Source of the DNA: Raillietiella orientalis
Taxonomy: Eukaryota
Assembly (NCBI GenBank): GCA_036172245.1
Contig: JAYWIR010000019.1
Span: 1,302,001 to 1,366,000 of the forward strand
Direction of reading: 5' to 3'
DNA: 64,000 bases
Shown here: positions 48,490-61,311 of the stretch, one piece after another
How the letters are laid out: every line of letters begins with the position of its first letter
How positions within the stretch are numbered: position 1 is the stretch's first letter
Translations under genes and position numbers: made by a program
Notes under the pieces: model-generated
The model's database searches: none
Told to the model about the DNA's origin: nothing
Seen by the model: only the letters and a program-made list of their open reading frames with translations

Positions 48490-51400
48490 GGTACGCCGGG
48501 ACGTTAATTTTAATAAAAATAGACATCTGCAGATGATTGTGGTTGGATCAGTGATCCAACCACGTCCGTTTTACCGGGAGCCTGGAGGGTTACTGGCTGG
48601 CAAGCGGGTGGGATCCATCACGGCAGCAGAGAGGGAGGAGATAGACAAAAAGAAAAAAAGGAACACAAAAATGAAAATAAGTAAACTTTGGGGGGTGAGG
48701 GAAAGGGTCACGTCCTGCTGGGAGCAGCCTTCTACATCCTTTGGAGGATGCCGGCAAGTTCTTGTCTCATGGAGTTGTTCATATAGGGTCATCCCGTTGC
48801 CATCCTCACGAATCAGACGGCGAAGTGGATGTGGCACTCCTGTCGCTGTGTCCTCCTCTTGCATTGCTCCAGGCAGCAACGATCCCGCGTAGGTAGCAGA
48901 GGGTTGCTAACGTGGCTGCTGGCCGAATTGCGCCGCAGACGAGAGGGGTTTCAAAGCGTCCCTGGAGTCGCCTCTAGGGGTTCTTAGAGTCGCGGCGAAG
49001 CGTTCCCAGAGGGACTGGAGAGGGAAACACAATCCACAAGCAAGCGAGAAAGGGATTCAGTTCTCAGCTCCTGCCACAGTTGTGGTCCATACACACTCTG
49101 TGACCAGTGATGCTGGAGGGCGTTGCACAGGAGGTCCCAGTACAGCAGCAGCAGCAGCGCCGACTCCTGCCACTTCAACGGGAGGATGTGGGTGTCCAAG
49201 AGCACTGGGGCCACTGCAGATCTTCCACCGGAATTTCCAGTAGCTCTCCCTAGCGGTAGCCGGAATGGATGGGTTTTGTCGATGTGCGCCGTTTCGCCAA
49301 CTTGAACGTTTGTGGACTGGAGCCGCAGTAAAACCACCTGGTCTCTTCGGATGTTTCCCAACACAGGCTTGTGTTAGAATCAACCGTTATGATTCGAAGC
49401 TGCCAAAAGTCGGAAGCCTAGATGCTTAGCTAAGCAAAACACCTCGCCTGTACAGTGGGGTATCGACGAAGAGATTTAGGCAAACTCGTTGCCTTCGACC
49501 CAACGGCAAATGCTGTCCACGATGCTTGCAAATGCCCAGTGACCTGTGAAAGAGACCAATTTTTCATAGCTTCTTGCGCGGTCGTCGCGCCGAAGCCAGG
49601 AGGCACGATCTTTATTCCTGGAAAACCCGAACATCTCTCTCGGGTTGAATCTTCCCCTTTCGTTCGACTTTCGGAGGTTCTCTCATTTGCCTAGGATCCA
49701 CGCATGCTGGTCCGTAGGATCAAGATACGGAACGAGTGTACGTGCATCACATACATGTAGAGGCAGGCAAAGTCTCAACTACAAATGTCTCAACTAACTA
49801 TAAATGTGAGGAAGAGCACGACGAACGGGAAGAACACCTCATGAAAAATCCACATTTTAGAGCTGCTCCGGATTAACATCTAGAAAGAAGGATATCTTCA
49901 ACCGATTCTGGATCAGCTCGTTGCTCTCTTCGTTTGCTGGAAGAGCTTCTTTCTTCCACGACCTTCTTTCTTCCATAAAAATCATTCCTTGCCAAGTACA
50001 GTTAGGATGGAAGGAGGAGGGGAAATCTGTATCAATCGAGTCCTCAGAGAGACTCTAGGGAGGCTGTTATCATGATGCACGGACAAAGTAGTGATAGGAA
50101 ATCTAGACTTTTGGTCCAAATGTCTAGTTTCAGTCATTCTTCAGAGCATTAAGGGGTGTTTCTGCTGCCCTTATCAGGATTCCTCCTCTATCGTTGTAGA
50201 GTCCTCTGATCACTCCCTTAGGGTTCAGCAGTACAGAGGGCAGCATCCTTGAGTAGGTGGCGAAGTGTGAGATCTGGACTCCAGCGAAGCAATCAAAATT
50301 CAATCGCCCGTCTGCAAAAAGATCGCTGGCATGCAGAGTTCATCTGGGCGCTTCGTCCGCCAACACCCCCATAGCAACTCCTGTGGGGGCTTTCTCACTG
50401 TTGCATTTCATCGTTTTCAGGCTCTGAAAACCACCTTTCGTCCACTACATATCCAAAGCGCTCATCTCATTTTGACAAACAGAAGGGATTGATAGTTGAA
50501 GGACAATTCCTGTTCCATCATGCTCCTTATTCTCTTCTGCTGAAGACTACCTTGTGCAGCTTGCTTTCGGGCTTCAGTCGTGAAGTAAAAATTCTTCCCC
50601 CATGGTTTTTATTTTCGTTGGAACAGTTTTGTACAAAGGAGGAAAGCATCTGTATTCCTATTTTTCAGGCTTCCCACCTGCCATGGGCAGGAGCAAGAAC
50701 CATGTGATTCTCCCAAAAACTGTCTGACTTCACATCACTTCTGTATTGATGCTCGTCCCTCTCCGTGACTTGTATAATTTCCGCTCGTAATCAAAAGTTC
50801 TCCAAGAAAACAAGCGGATTGCTAGCGGCAAATTCACCACTTGCCTCAAGTTTGTGTCATGTGTCCTGGAGCAACCAAAGCATAGGTATGATCCAAGTCT
50901 CGTGGAAGACTTTTTTTTTTTTCGATCGCACTACGATGGAAAAGAGGACATGCTGTTCCCTAAAGCTGCAATTTAGGAAACTCTCTCCGATCATCTCATG
51001 CAACTGAAATCCTCCAATCTTGCTGACGACTCCTTGGATACTTCTGATCTTCGTGCCTGCATTTGAAAGCTGATTGAGCGCTCCTGTAAGTTGAGGTATT
51101 CATGGATTCCTAGACTCTTCAACTGTGCTGCTAGAATGATCAAAATATCTCCTTTTCATCTCAAGAAATGGTGGGAGGTACTGTCCTGTGTACATTCGAC
51201 CACCGTACTTTTTAATGTGTTTTTCGATGCAGAAGGTAGTAAGGGATCCTTCACCAACTTCGGCATTCTTGTGGCAAAATTCTTCTTTCTTTCTACACTA
51301 GCAGTATAATGTGCTGGTTTTCCTACTGCTTCACGATCAGGAGGTTTGTCCTCTACACTCACCCGTTCATTAATTGGAATGGAAATTACTCTCATGTGAC

Positions 51401-52900
51401 AGATGAGGGTAATGTGGGGAACGCTGTGATATGTATCAAACCTCAAGTCTTCCAGCCTGAGCGTGCATTAGCAGTCACTAGAGCACCATCGTCCGAGCAT
51501 TAGACTCCTCCTTCAGAATAGCTCACTTGGAAGCGTCTAACCATCACCTTGCTGTATTGAGAACCGTTTTCTTCTTCTTCTGCCTCGGAAGGATGAGACA
51601 GAACAGGTCCTCTGGAACTTAAAAGTTGGTCAGGATGAAGTTGTCTTTACTCAGTCGGTTCCAAAATCCTTTAGATCCTGGCGATAACATGTGCTTTTAT
51701 TCCATCTTCTGTCTCCTGCTTCGAGACCAGAAATGAGTAAATCCATCTTTTATCACGGGTCATTATCTATCTCGGATGCTGCCCCTCTTGATTTCCATAT
51801 TATCTCAAATGCTCTCACGCAGGCACGCTTAGACTTCCGATTGTCCTCTCCGTATAACTTTGCACCCATCTCGCGAAGGCTACATTCGCATTAAGGATAC
51901 TTGTGAGCAGTCAGAGGGTTTTGCACCTAATCCTCAAGAGGCATTAAGTTCCGAGGAGAATCCAGCAAACTGTGATATGTGTCGTTCTGATCAGCATCTT
52001 GTATAGCTTCACACAGGCAACCGATGAGCTTACCACCATTCCTGGTGAATGTTGCTCTCCGTTTGGGATGCCTAGCACCACCATGAACGACCTCCGTACA
52101 CGAGACTTGATCTGTCCAGCTCTGAAGCAGCTCGCTTTCTGACCGTTATTCCGGAAACTGGAAGTTATCCTTTAGCTTAAGATGCTGTCGGCATTGTGCA
52201 ACAATCGCATCACCTACTGTTACTCATCTCTTCTTGATAGCTTGCCCCCTTCTTAAGCAAGCAACTGCATCTGTGCCTCTGCTTTCGACTCACCTCCGCA
52301 TTGTTTATTTGTCAGAAGATCACATTTGGATTGCCTCGAGATCCTCACGCTTTTCTTTTTGATGAAGTTTCGTTTTGATAGGGATTGCGGTCCAGGACAC
52401 AAGCTCTAGGAAGAATCTAACCAACTAAGGCGACCATGAAGAAATGAACGGAACGGCCGCTGACGGTCGAGACTGCTGGTCCAGCCGCAAGATCCAGTCG
52501 ACGGAAGGCGAACTAGCGTTCGAAATAAGTCGGGCCCCACTTTGCAGTTCTTCCATCTAACACTCGCTGTTCATCATGTCGTCATCTTAGAAGTGAAAAC
52601 TCTTTGTTTCCTACACCACCTGCTGGCAGAAAAGTTCTCTCTCGGATCTGCGGATGTTCGGCGATTTTCTGAGGAACGGGAATCACTGAGGCCTTTCGAG
52701 ATGAACCACTCTTGCTCAGCATTATTCTGAGCCATTCCTCAACCAGAGAATTTCGTGCTTTATCAAAAGGCGCACGATGGAAGCGGATCATCTTGACTCG
52801 TTGATTTTCGTGATGCGGCCATTCTCAGCTGAGTGGTGTGAGAATCTTTTAATGATGATTTCGCTTCCTCCCTGCAGCATCCTCGCATCAGAAACTTTCG
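48490..52900 (-). mobile_element. Decayed L1/Tx1 ORF2 with structured 3' UTR
   Basis: The 3' part (48490-49400) is strong: LPLKWQESALLLLLYWDL, ESLSRLLVDC and terminal aacgtcccggcgta. Upstream RT relics are HSPG (~52045), LHPDQ (~51635), DTYHSVPH (~51430) and KDPLLP. That both parts form one element is inferred. Confidence 0.65.
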
Positions 52901-53049
52901 GCATGCGAGTTACCGCAATCCACCGTTCTATGGTCCTCAAAACAAGTTCGAAAGCACATCGGAAAAGGAAAAAAGCAGCGGTAATGGTTAGCTGTCCACT
53001 TTGGGGACGCCAGCTTCATCCCTCCATTTAAGGAGTTTGGAAACCGCAT

Positions 53050-53400
53050 TTCTCAACCGTACCAAACAAGGAAGATCCTCATCCGTATTTCTTTCCTTTT
53101 TTTTTTGCTCCCTTTTCTTTCGAAACCAACAGCCAACCTACGAAAGGAATCAACACGTTCAAAACAAAGCGATTTCGCCCTCCTTCCTTGGTAACCGCTC
53201 GATTACCACACAAGGAACAGCTTTCTTGTACGCAGCAGCTGGGACAGGTTCTCTTGCTCTGCCATCCCCGCCCGCTATTTGTCTACTCTCGGATGGCAAA
53301 GGAGACGCGGAACGGTTGCTTACATTCCACATGTTGAATAACACAGGAACTCGAAAAAAAAATAAAAAAAGCATCCAGGTTGCGCACAGCCGCGGGTAGC
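53050..53400 (+). mobile_element. Possible L1 C-terminal zinc finger relic (continuation of 46780-48480)
   Basis: PPAICLLSDGKGDAERLL resembles CxxC..E..HL. Weak. Confidence 0.3.
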
Positions 53401-53699
53401 CTGGACACTGCTTCAGTCCAAGGAGAAGAGGAATTTTGGCACCGAAGCATCTTGCGGTGCACCTTCCAGTTTCGCAGTTCATGCGGACGCCACGAGAGCG
53501 TGAGCTTTGGCAACGGGGGGTTCGATCGGCGAGGAGCTTACTCTGGCCAAGCTCCTTTCGGACTGCATGCTCCTCTGGGAATCTCGCCTCTTCCAGATGA
53601 AGCAGTGCGTGTTTTTTTTTTTTTTTTTAAATGGTCCGGAGGCAGCTCACTGTTTGCGGAGAAACGTCTGCTCGCTGCCTCCCCACCTTTCCTCCTCGC

Positions 53700-56600
53700 A
53701 AAAGGAGAGAGTAAATAAAAACGAAGGCCTGGGATCTTAGCGCTCTTAACCATCTCTCTGGTCTCCATGAGGATGCGTACCTGGTTTAAGCCCTCGAGGG
53801 ACCATTGTGCCATTCGCCACTTCTGCGTCTCAGCGCCCTCAACAGGTGGTACCGGGTCTTCTTCCACGACCCAGGTCGCATATCATCCTTAGTGAGGATG
53901 ATGAGCCATCCTGCGAGTCGAACACATGTCGCAAGCGTGCAGGATGCTCCAGGAAACCGCGGCAAGTCCCGTTTCATCCAGGCGTAGCTGTGAGACTCCG
54001 CCTCCAGGGATTCCAGGGAAAAGTGGGTGACTTGGTGCGGTCACTTCCGGACTAGTGACCTGGCTGAACCACGAGCAGCAAGTGGCGCAGTGTTGGAAGC
54101 AGACAAGGACGGCCCGAGGTACCCAGGTGACCTTGGCCTCTCTGGGCGCGTTTCCTGGAGTGGCATCTCGAGAGGAAGAGCAAAGAGCTCCGCGCCCGCT
54201 CGTGGAAGAGCTACCTGCGCTTGGATGGGAAGGCGGACGTCCAAAGGACAGAGGCAGGACAGCGAGTGCCCGAGAGAGCGACCACCACGCCGAAATACGC
54301 AGCAGGAGCGGGAAGAAGCGGCGGCGAGATGCTCGCGAGCGCCTGTCTGAGCCCAGGTCACCCTGCTCTCTGGGCGCACCCACGACCAGGGGCGACCTAC
54401 GTCTGCACCGTGGGATGCCCTACTCGGATTCACCACCATCTATTGACTTCCCTCAGCCGCCTGACTTTCAAGGGGACAGAGCCTTAGCGTGCGTTGAGTG
54501 CTCGCGCGAGAGAGAGCGTTTTTTTCTTATCTTTCAGAGGGAGACGCGTTCCGAGAAGGAAGGATTTTTCGGAACGAGGCACAATGATGCGCCTCCGCGG
54601 GAAGATGGGAAGAGGTGTGATCCGTCTGCAGCTTGCTTGCGTCGGAGGGGGGGGGGGGGAACTGTTAACACTCCATCCTTGCCTCCTGCGGCGAGAGCTT
54701 TCATTTCGATGAGAAAGGAAGTGGAAGAGAAAAATCGATCTCTCACATCGATGAGGTACTGGCGTGGAGTGCATCTGATCAGTGTTTACAAATTAAAGGA
54801 AGATTTGGCCTCAGAGATACCAGCGGAAAAAAAATAAAAATAAAATGAAATGAAACAAATGGGAAGAGGAGATTTCTGGAGGCAGGGAGATCACCAGAAA
54901 AGAGGACGCGCGATTCCTAGCACGTGGACTGACACCGGCGGTGAATCTCCCGCCCGAGCGCTGCCGATCACCAGCGTGATTTGGAAGGCCGGATTCCACT
55001 CGCAGCATCCCAGTCAACTCTTGAGCTCGCTCTTCCTCTCCCGAGATGACGCAAACTTTGAGGGATCCGAATTCGGATTTTTTCTTTTCCTCTGACAATC
55101 TTCTCGGCTTCTCCGGCGGTCCAGGCTGCACGAGCAATTAGGGTGTTGCACCGGAATTTCGCAGCATCCAAACGAACCATTTAAAAGTGAACTTTAGATT
55201 TCATGAATCACTAGTTTTCCTTTTCTTTTTCCTCCTTCCGTTTTGTTTTGCTTGAGATTTTCAGTGGGTAGAGTGATGGTAGCGTCCTCTCGCGTATCGA
55301 TCGGTGCTTCCAGTGACAGGCATGAAAGATGAATAACACCAGTCCCTTCCCAATCAAACAGATACTATTTTTTTCCTCTCTCTCTCTCTCTCTCTTAGGG
55401 CTGCTCCGTCGAATCCATCCTCGTAGCTTGTGAATAATTATAGTGGAAGAATAAAGGAAATAATTAGGCGAGGCAAACTCAATTAGGTAGGATTTCCTCT
55501 GTCGACGGAAGGCCAGCTAGAAGGAGAGGTCATGCCTCTATCGTGCTGTGTCGGCTCTGCTGGAATCCAAGCAATCCTAAAAATTTGGAATTCATTGGCG
55601 TGCTTCTCTTCCGCCGCTCAGAGGGTCGCATTTCTTCAGCGGATGGCTCCATTCTCTGGGGCGAGGAGAGAAGATTCCCGCCAAGTCGTCTTTTTCAAGC
55701 AGTTCTTTTGCTATCGGTTTGCTGCGACCAGTGGGAGCGTAGTGCAGCCTGGAGAAGATCCCCACAGCTCTTCGCCTTCCGTGAGCTGAAAGGAAGAATG
55801 GAGGGAACTGCAGGTTCCTGCGGCGTTGCTGGCTTTTTGAAAAGTGCCGAGGAACCACGGGTGCTCCTTCCCGTTTCAGCCCTGAGGGAAAAAGAGAAAA
55901 TACTCTCCTAAGAAACCAAGAACAAACCCGTGCCCTCGCGGGAGCAAACCCTGGTGCCAAAATCTCCCCAGGCTTCAACCGTGGAGGGCAAGCCAGCAAC
56001 AGAACCTGAGCGGAGCGGAGCAGCTTTCGCTACTGCTATCGATCAACGCTTGCGGGAGTTGCATCACAGCACTCGAGATATTTTCCTCGGTCTACACACT
56101 CTTCAGGAAGGAACAGGGGACGCAACCCAATCATATTCCGATTCAGCATTAGAGGGATGTTAGGAGGACTCGGGGGGAGGCACAGGGGAAGATCGATGTC
56201 CCGTGCAAAGCAGGAGGGGCTGAAGAATCCGAGGACTCATCTGAGGACAAATGACGAATTCGCATACCAGTGATGAATACAGATGGCAACTCGGATTTTG
56301 GGTTTCCCATTCTTGTCAATCAGGCACCCAAGGAAAGGATTCGCATGCCACTTAGTAACGGCGGGTTGGCGCGCATCTCGGAGGCAGAACAACATGGCAA
56401 TTTCTCTGGTGCGTTCAGAGTGGGGGATGAAGGAGAGCGTTGCCAGTCGAAGGAAAGACCGCTTCCCGGATTGTTTCCGTCCGATTCTTCTATGGAATTC
56501 CGCTTGATGATCTGCCTTTCTCTAAAGCGGGGCTGTTGGAGCAGCGCGAACAGGTCGCGCCTGAAATGAATTTAACACTCAGAGCAGGTATCCATGCATA

Positions 56601-57350
56601 CCTCCGCCTTCCAGCCATACAAATCGGCACCAGAGTCTTCGTTTCGGGAACTCGTCATGTTACCTGACTGCCGACCTTAGAGGAAAGGTCCCTCCTGGAC
56701 GGAAGTACACCGGCAATTGTGACCGCGGTGCCGATTCGTGTGGCTGGGAGGCGGAGGCACGTGACGGGCCCTTTCCTCCGTGCGTGTATGGTCATCCGGA
56801 CGGGTGGTGCAGCGAGAAATGAAGGAGCATCTCGACGTGATCAGCGAGGGAATTCTCGGAGGTGAGGTTAGGAGTAAGCACGGGCCGTGAGCAGCTCAGC
56901 GTCTCCGCCCGCACTGTGAGACCCCCCGTCGGCTGCGGCGCTGTAGCGCCACCAGCTTCCTGTCCTCTAGCGAGGTCGTTTTCCGATCAGCTTGAAGCGT
57001 GGTGCACACAAGAAGGGGCGGGTGCATCTAGCCAGAAGCCCTACTCTACGTCCACACAAATTCCATCCTCTACAAAGGCGACGAGCGCCCATCGACGTGT
57101 GAGTGTGAGGGGGAAGGTCTATTCCACCCGTGATGGCTTTCCTATCCCTCTCAATGCAGTTGATGGGCTCGGGAAAGCTGCTCTGCACAACTGGAAACGG
57201 AACCAGAAACTGCGCTGCTCCAGGAACCTCCAAAGCCGAAGGATGGATTCCCGGTTTGGTAGCATTCAGAAGAACGCAGGTTGATCTTGAACTAGGCATA
57301 CCAGGCAGGAAGGCGGGAGCAACGGTCGCTACCGTAGTTCCCCTCCAATG
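53700..57350 (+). mobile_element. Decayed L1 (ORF1 relic, EN, RT)
   Basis: LVRSLP / WLNHE and CTVGCPTRIHH (ORF1-like); VLLLSVCC and GVAGF (EN-like); VT*LPT..STPAI, GHPDG and TRDGFPIP (RT-like). Confidence 0.45.
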
Positions 57351-57379
57351 AGCACAATGCATCTCGGATCAAACTGATC

Positions 57380-57600
57380 TCATTGTCGTCATGAGGACAG
57401 ACCTTTTGTTTCGCGAATGCGCCTCCTAATGAAGACAGCAAAAAAAAGGATCAGGGAATGAACCGGCGGGATGTTCCGAAACAAGCAGAAAAGATTAATT
57501 ACATCCATCATTAAGGATCATCATTTATAAAAGGTTCACTTGAAATGCAAGTTGCATCTCCCTTTTAATTTTCATTATTCCTGATGAGAAATCATCAGGA
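57380..57600 (-). mobile_element. RT N-terminal relic; left half of the L1 interrupted at ~61312
   Basis: SGIMKI/KGDATCISSEPF (G.ITLIPKKGD..RP-like) and FPDPFF/AVFIRRRIRET (HPDQ.GF..GR.I-like). Confidence 0.45.
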
Positions 57601-57619
57601 GGAGATCAGCACCATTAAC

Positions 57620-60600
57620 ACCTCGTGACACCCGCTGCCGGGATCCACGGTGGAAGGAGGAGGCGTGCGCTTTAACAAGCAGCACTCCCGAGCGACGTGC
57701 GCGTGGCTGTCGCCTGGGACTCTGCGCACGCTGCCAGGTCCCTCCGCTTCCCTCTTCCTCTCTGCAGTCTCCCCACCTTTTTTCGTGCTGCACGAAGCCA
57801 CTCCTAGTTGGCAGGGTTGCTTCTCCTGGGGAACCCGAAGTCTTCCTTGGCTTTCCGTTCACCTGTTCCCGCGGCCGACCTGCTCACGCGTGCCGGGTTC
57901 CTCTCGTGCCTGAGTCCTCTTTCCATCCACGTGGGCGGAGCGCGTGCTCCTCTCTGGGAAGAGATCTTTCCGATCTCGAAGGGGTGCAGACACTGCTGAT
58001 CTCCTGCGTGTGGCTTTGCTTTAATCCCATCCCCTTTTCGAACTCCCCGTGGGAAAAGCGGAGCAACTCCTCGGACGCATCTTTCATGCTTCCGTTCGAA
58101 GGAAGAAACGCATGTGCGGGGGCGGGCTTGCGTACAGTCGAGGATGGCCAGTGACCTCTTCACACGCCTCGACACGGTCGACGCGAAAAGAATGCAGGAT
58201 GGCCTGCCCGAGGGCTGCAGAGAAGGCAAAAGAGTTCACCCCTGCAAAGCAGCGACCCACAAGGAAGGCGCAAGCATTCGCGCCGAAGGGGACGGTGCCC
58301 CCTTTCGCGATGCACTGTAGCTGTCGGACGTCAGTGGGCGCCAACGGGTGCGTTCCCTTGGCTCGCTTCTCCCTCTAACCGTTGGCTATGCTGGGAATCC
58401 TAGCGGCGCATTCCTAGGTCACGGGTATTGCAGGCGGAACAGAGGTCCAAGATCTCCTGAGGGGAATGAACTTTTGGAAAGCAAGCAGGAATTCTCCGAA
58501 GAGACCCAGGGGCTCTGGAAGTCGATCCGGCAGTCTCGCTCGGGTAACTTCTCCTTCTAATGAGAAGCGGTGGACAGCCACAGGGGTACGCGTTGACGCG
58601 CATCTTCCTGGTCAGCGCGGTGCCGCATGCCGCGCCGATCCCAAGTCGCTCAACGAAACGCAGCCAGAAGAGCATGGCGCGAGAGGATCGCCTTCACCAT
58701 GGTAACATCCTCCTCGAAGACATCCAGATGGTCTTACCTTGGAGGACGGATGGAGTTAAGGCTGCAAGTGGCCTGCATGATGGGGGTATGCACGTGGCAT
58801 TTCCTCCCTCTCCTTGGCCTCTTTTCCCCCCTTTCGCACACAGGATGTTGCCTATTTGCAGCTTTCTTCTCCCCTGCCCCGAGGCGGACTCACCGTCTTC
58901 TTGACATGGCATCCAGAACTTTGGTAACCACTAGGGTCTTCAATAGCATTCTTCTATTTTTATTTTCATTTTTGTGTTGTTCTTGTTGAAAGTCAAAATG
59001 AAATCCCTGGTGAGATCTCGTCTTCCCGAAATGTCCAACAATTTCTTGTGCAAGAATGACTAAGACTTGTGTGGGAGGAACAGCATACACTGGCCAGAAG
59101 TCAAAGGCGCTGCCCTCGTTGTGTACAGAACCAGACAGGAGTGGGGGGAGAGGAGAAAGAGGGTAAATAACGAAATCGGCTAGGGAATCGACCGGCCTTT
59201 CGGTAATCGACATGATTCCCGTGGAACTGCGTCGCATAGAGAAGGAATGGAGCTTGCCCATCGGCATCGTGTCGGCATCGCTTCTTCTGGAGCTCGTGGC
59301 ACACATGAGCTTCTCTGACACTTTTACGGCCTTTCTATGCTCCTGCTGGAACGACGTACTGAACATTTCTTTCAGTGGATGAAGCGTGCACGGCGTGCCG
59401 GTGCGCCGCGGGATACGGCAGGGCGACAGCCTTCAGCACCTACTTTGCGCTGGTGCTGAGGGCGTACAGAGGGACTCTGGCTCTCCTGCTGTTTGTGTGT
59501 CCAGGCACACCTGCCGTGTCAGTGTATGCGGACGATCTTCTGCTGCTGCCCCTCATGTCCACTCTGGAGTCGGCACTCGAGGGCCTCTTTGAGCTGCTAA
59601 GCCGTGAGACAGGACTCGAGGTGAACAGGACGAAGTCGTCTGCGGTAGCAGTCGAATCGCGACGTGGGCAAGGCAGCTGGACTGGATCCGCTTGGAGATC
59701 CCCACGGTTCAGTACTTCAGGTGCCTAGGTATACTGTCGAAGGACTATTCCCAGGCGCAGGCGTGGTCCGTCTGCCTCCAGAAGGTCTAGTTGGCGATCA
59801 GCCCGTTCCAGGATGGCAAGTTTCTCTTTCAGGAACGGGCCGCAGTGTGGAACACGTTCGTGGTCCCCCTCCTCTACTTTCTGCTCTTTGTTTGTTCTCC
59901 ATCGAAAGATATAAAGAGGCGGACGAAGGCCCTCCTGAGAATCTCCCTGTGGGACACAAGGAGGTTCCGAGTCCTCCTGAAGGACTTGTGCGCTCTGAGA
60001 CGCGACAGAGGCCTCGGCCTCCTAACGCTGGAGCGCCTGGAGCAGAAGCACCAGCAGAGGACACTTGCCCTATTGGAGAAGCTATGGCGCACGAACTGGT
60101 ACGAGTCCGCACGATACCTGGTCAGGCCAGCCACCGACTATGTGGGACTGTCATTCGTTCCTGGTGCGGTAACGCCGAAGCAATGAGTCCCACTGTGGAA
60201 TGGAGCTCTGGTGAGTGGCCACCCTGACCAGGATCGACCTGGCTTACCTGCTGGCCCGCGAACGGTAGTGCCTGGATGCAGGAAAGCCTTCGCACATGGG
60301 CCAAGAGCAATGAAGCGAGCCTGGAGATGCGGCAGCGACTGCTGCACTCCTTCTACAACTTGCTGCAGGCACTCCATCACGTGTGCGTGGGCGGAAAAAA
60401 ATTTCTAGCTGCGGCACTACCCTCCTTCAGGTAGCATTTGAGCAGTAACCATCAAGCCAAATGGAAGATCAGTTGTGAAATCTTTGTGAGGAAAAAGGGA
60501 TTAGGTGGTTGGACCACGGATCAGCTCACGGACGCTGCAATCCCAAGTGCCCCACCAAAAGGATTACTGAGCTGAGTTGAGTTGCTGGGAATCCTACAGG

Positions 60601-61310
60601 AAGTAACCCCAGGACTGAAGAACAATCGAACCCTCTCCCTGAAGTTGCAGGAATCGGCACTTCTGCTGTTGCACTGGGGTCTCCCGTGCAACGCCCGCCG
60701 GTCTCGCTGGACACGGGAATGTGTGGACCCCAACTATTGCGGGGGCGACGACCGGGAATCCCTCCCTCACCTGCTTGTAGACTGTATTGCCCTCCGGCCC
60801 CTGTGGTTGCTTCACGCAACGGCCTTTGGTGCACCGAGGACAATCCCAGGGACGTGATAAAGCACGTCTTCGTGTGCGATGCCCCTTCGCCTGCCATGTC
60901 CCCAGCAGCTCTTTGCTGCCTGCGTGGAATTGTGGCAACCTGGAGCTACATGAGAGGAGGACGGCACGATAGAGACGCCGTCTACTTCACCCTGCGCTTC
61001 CTGCGAATGACAGCAAGATAACTCCACCCCGGGCATATTTGGATGGAGCCTGAGGGCATCCAGGAAAGGATGCAGAAGACGCCCTCCAGCGGACAGTGAC
61101 CCCTTCCCTAACCCTCCCAAATTTCTGAATAATTTTTTTTTTGTTTTTTTTAGTTTTGTTTGCCCCTTCCTCCTTTGCTACCGAGGCGAACCTCGCCGGC
61201 CTGCATGCCGGTTACTCGGCAGGTTCCGAACATTTTCGGACGCTGTAGGGTCGATGACCCTACACCTGTATGTTTATTTTATAAGGAACGCCCCGGAGCT
61301 ACGGGTTGTT
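57620..61310 (+). mobile_element. Best-preserved L1/Tx1-type ORF2 pseudogene (APE-RT-zinc finger) plus 3' UTR
   Basis: EN: VLHEAT, WQGCFSWG. RT: VRRGIRQGDSL (~59400-59432), YADD (59525-59536), GLEVNRTKS (~59612). Then RDRGLGL (~60001) and LSLKLQESALLLLHWGLPC..RESLPHLLVDC. Several frameshifts and stops. Confidence 0.92.
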
Positions 61311-61311
61311 A

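Noticed and set aside
57581..57591. Hammerhead ribozyme core (CTGATGA..GAAA)
   Set aside because: The two motifs are adjacent with no stem II, and CTGATGA is sequestered in a hairpin.
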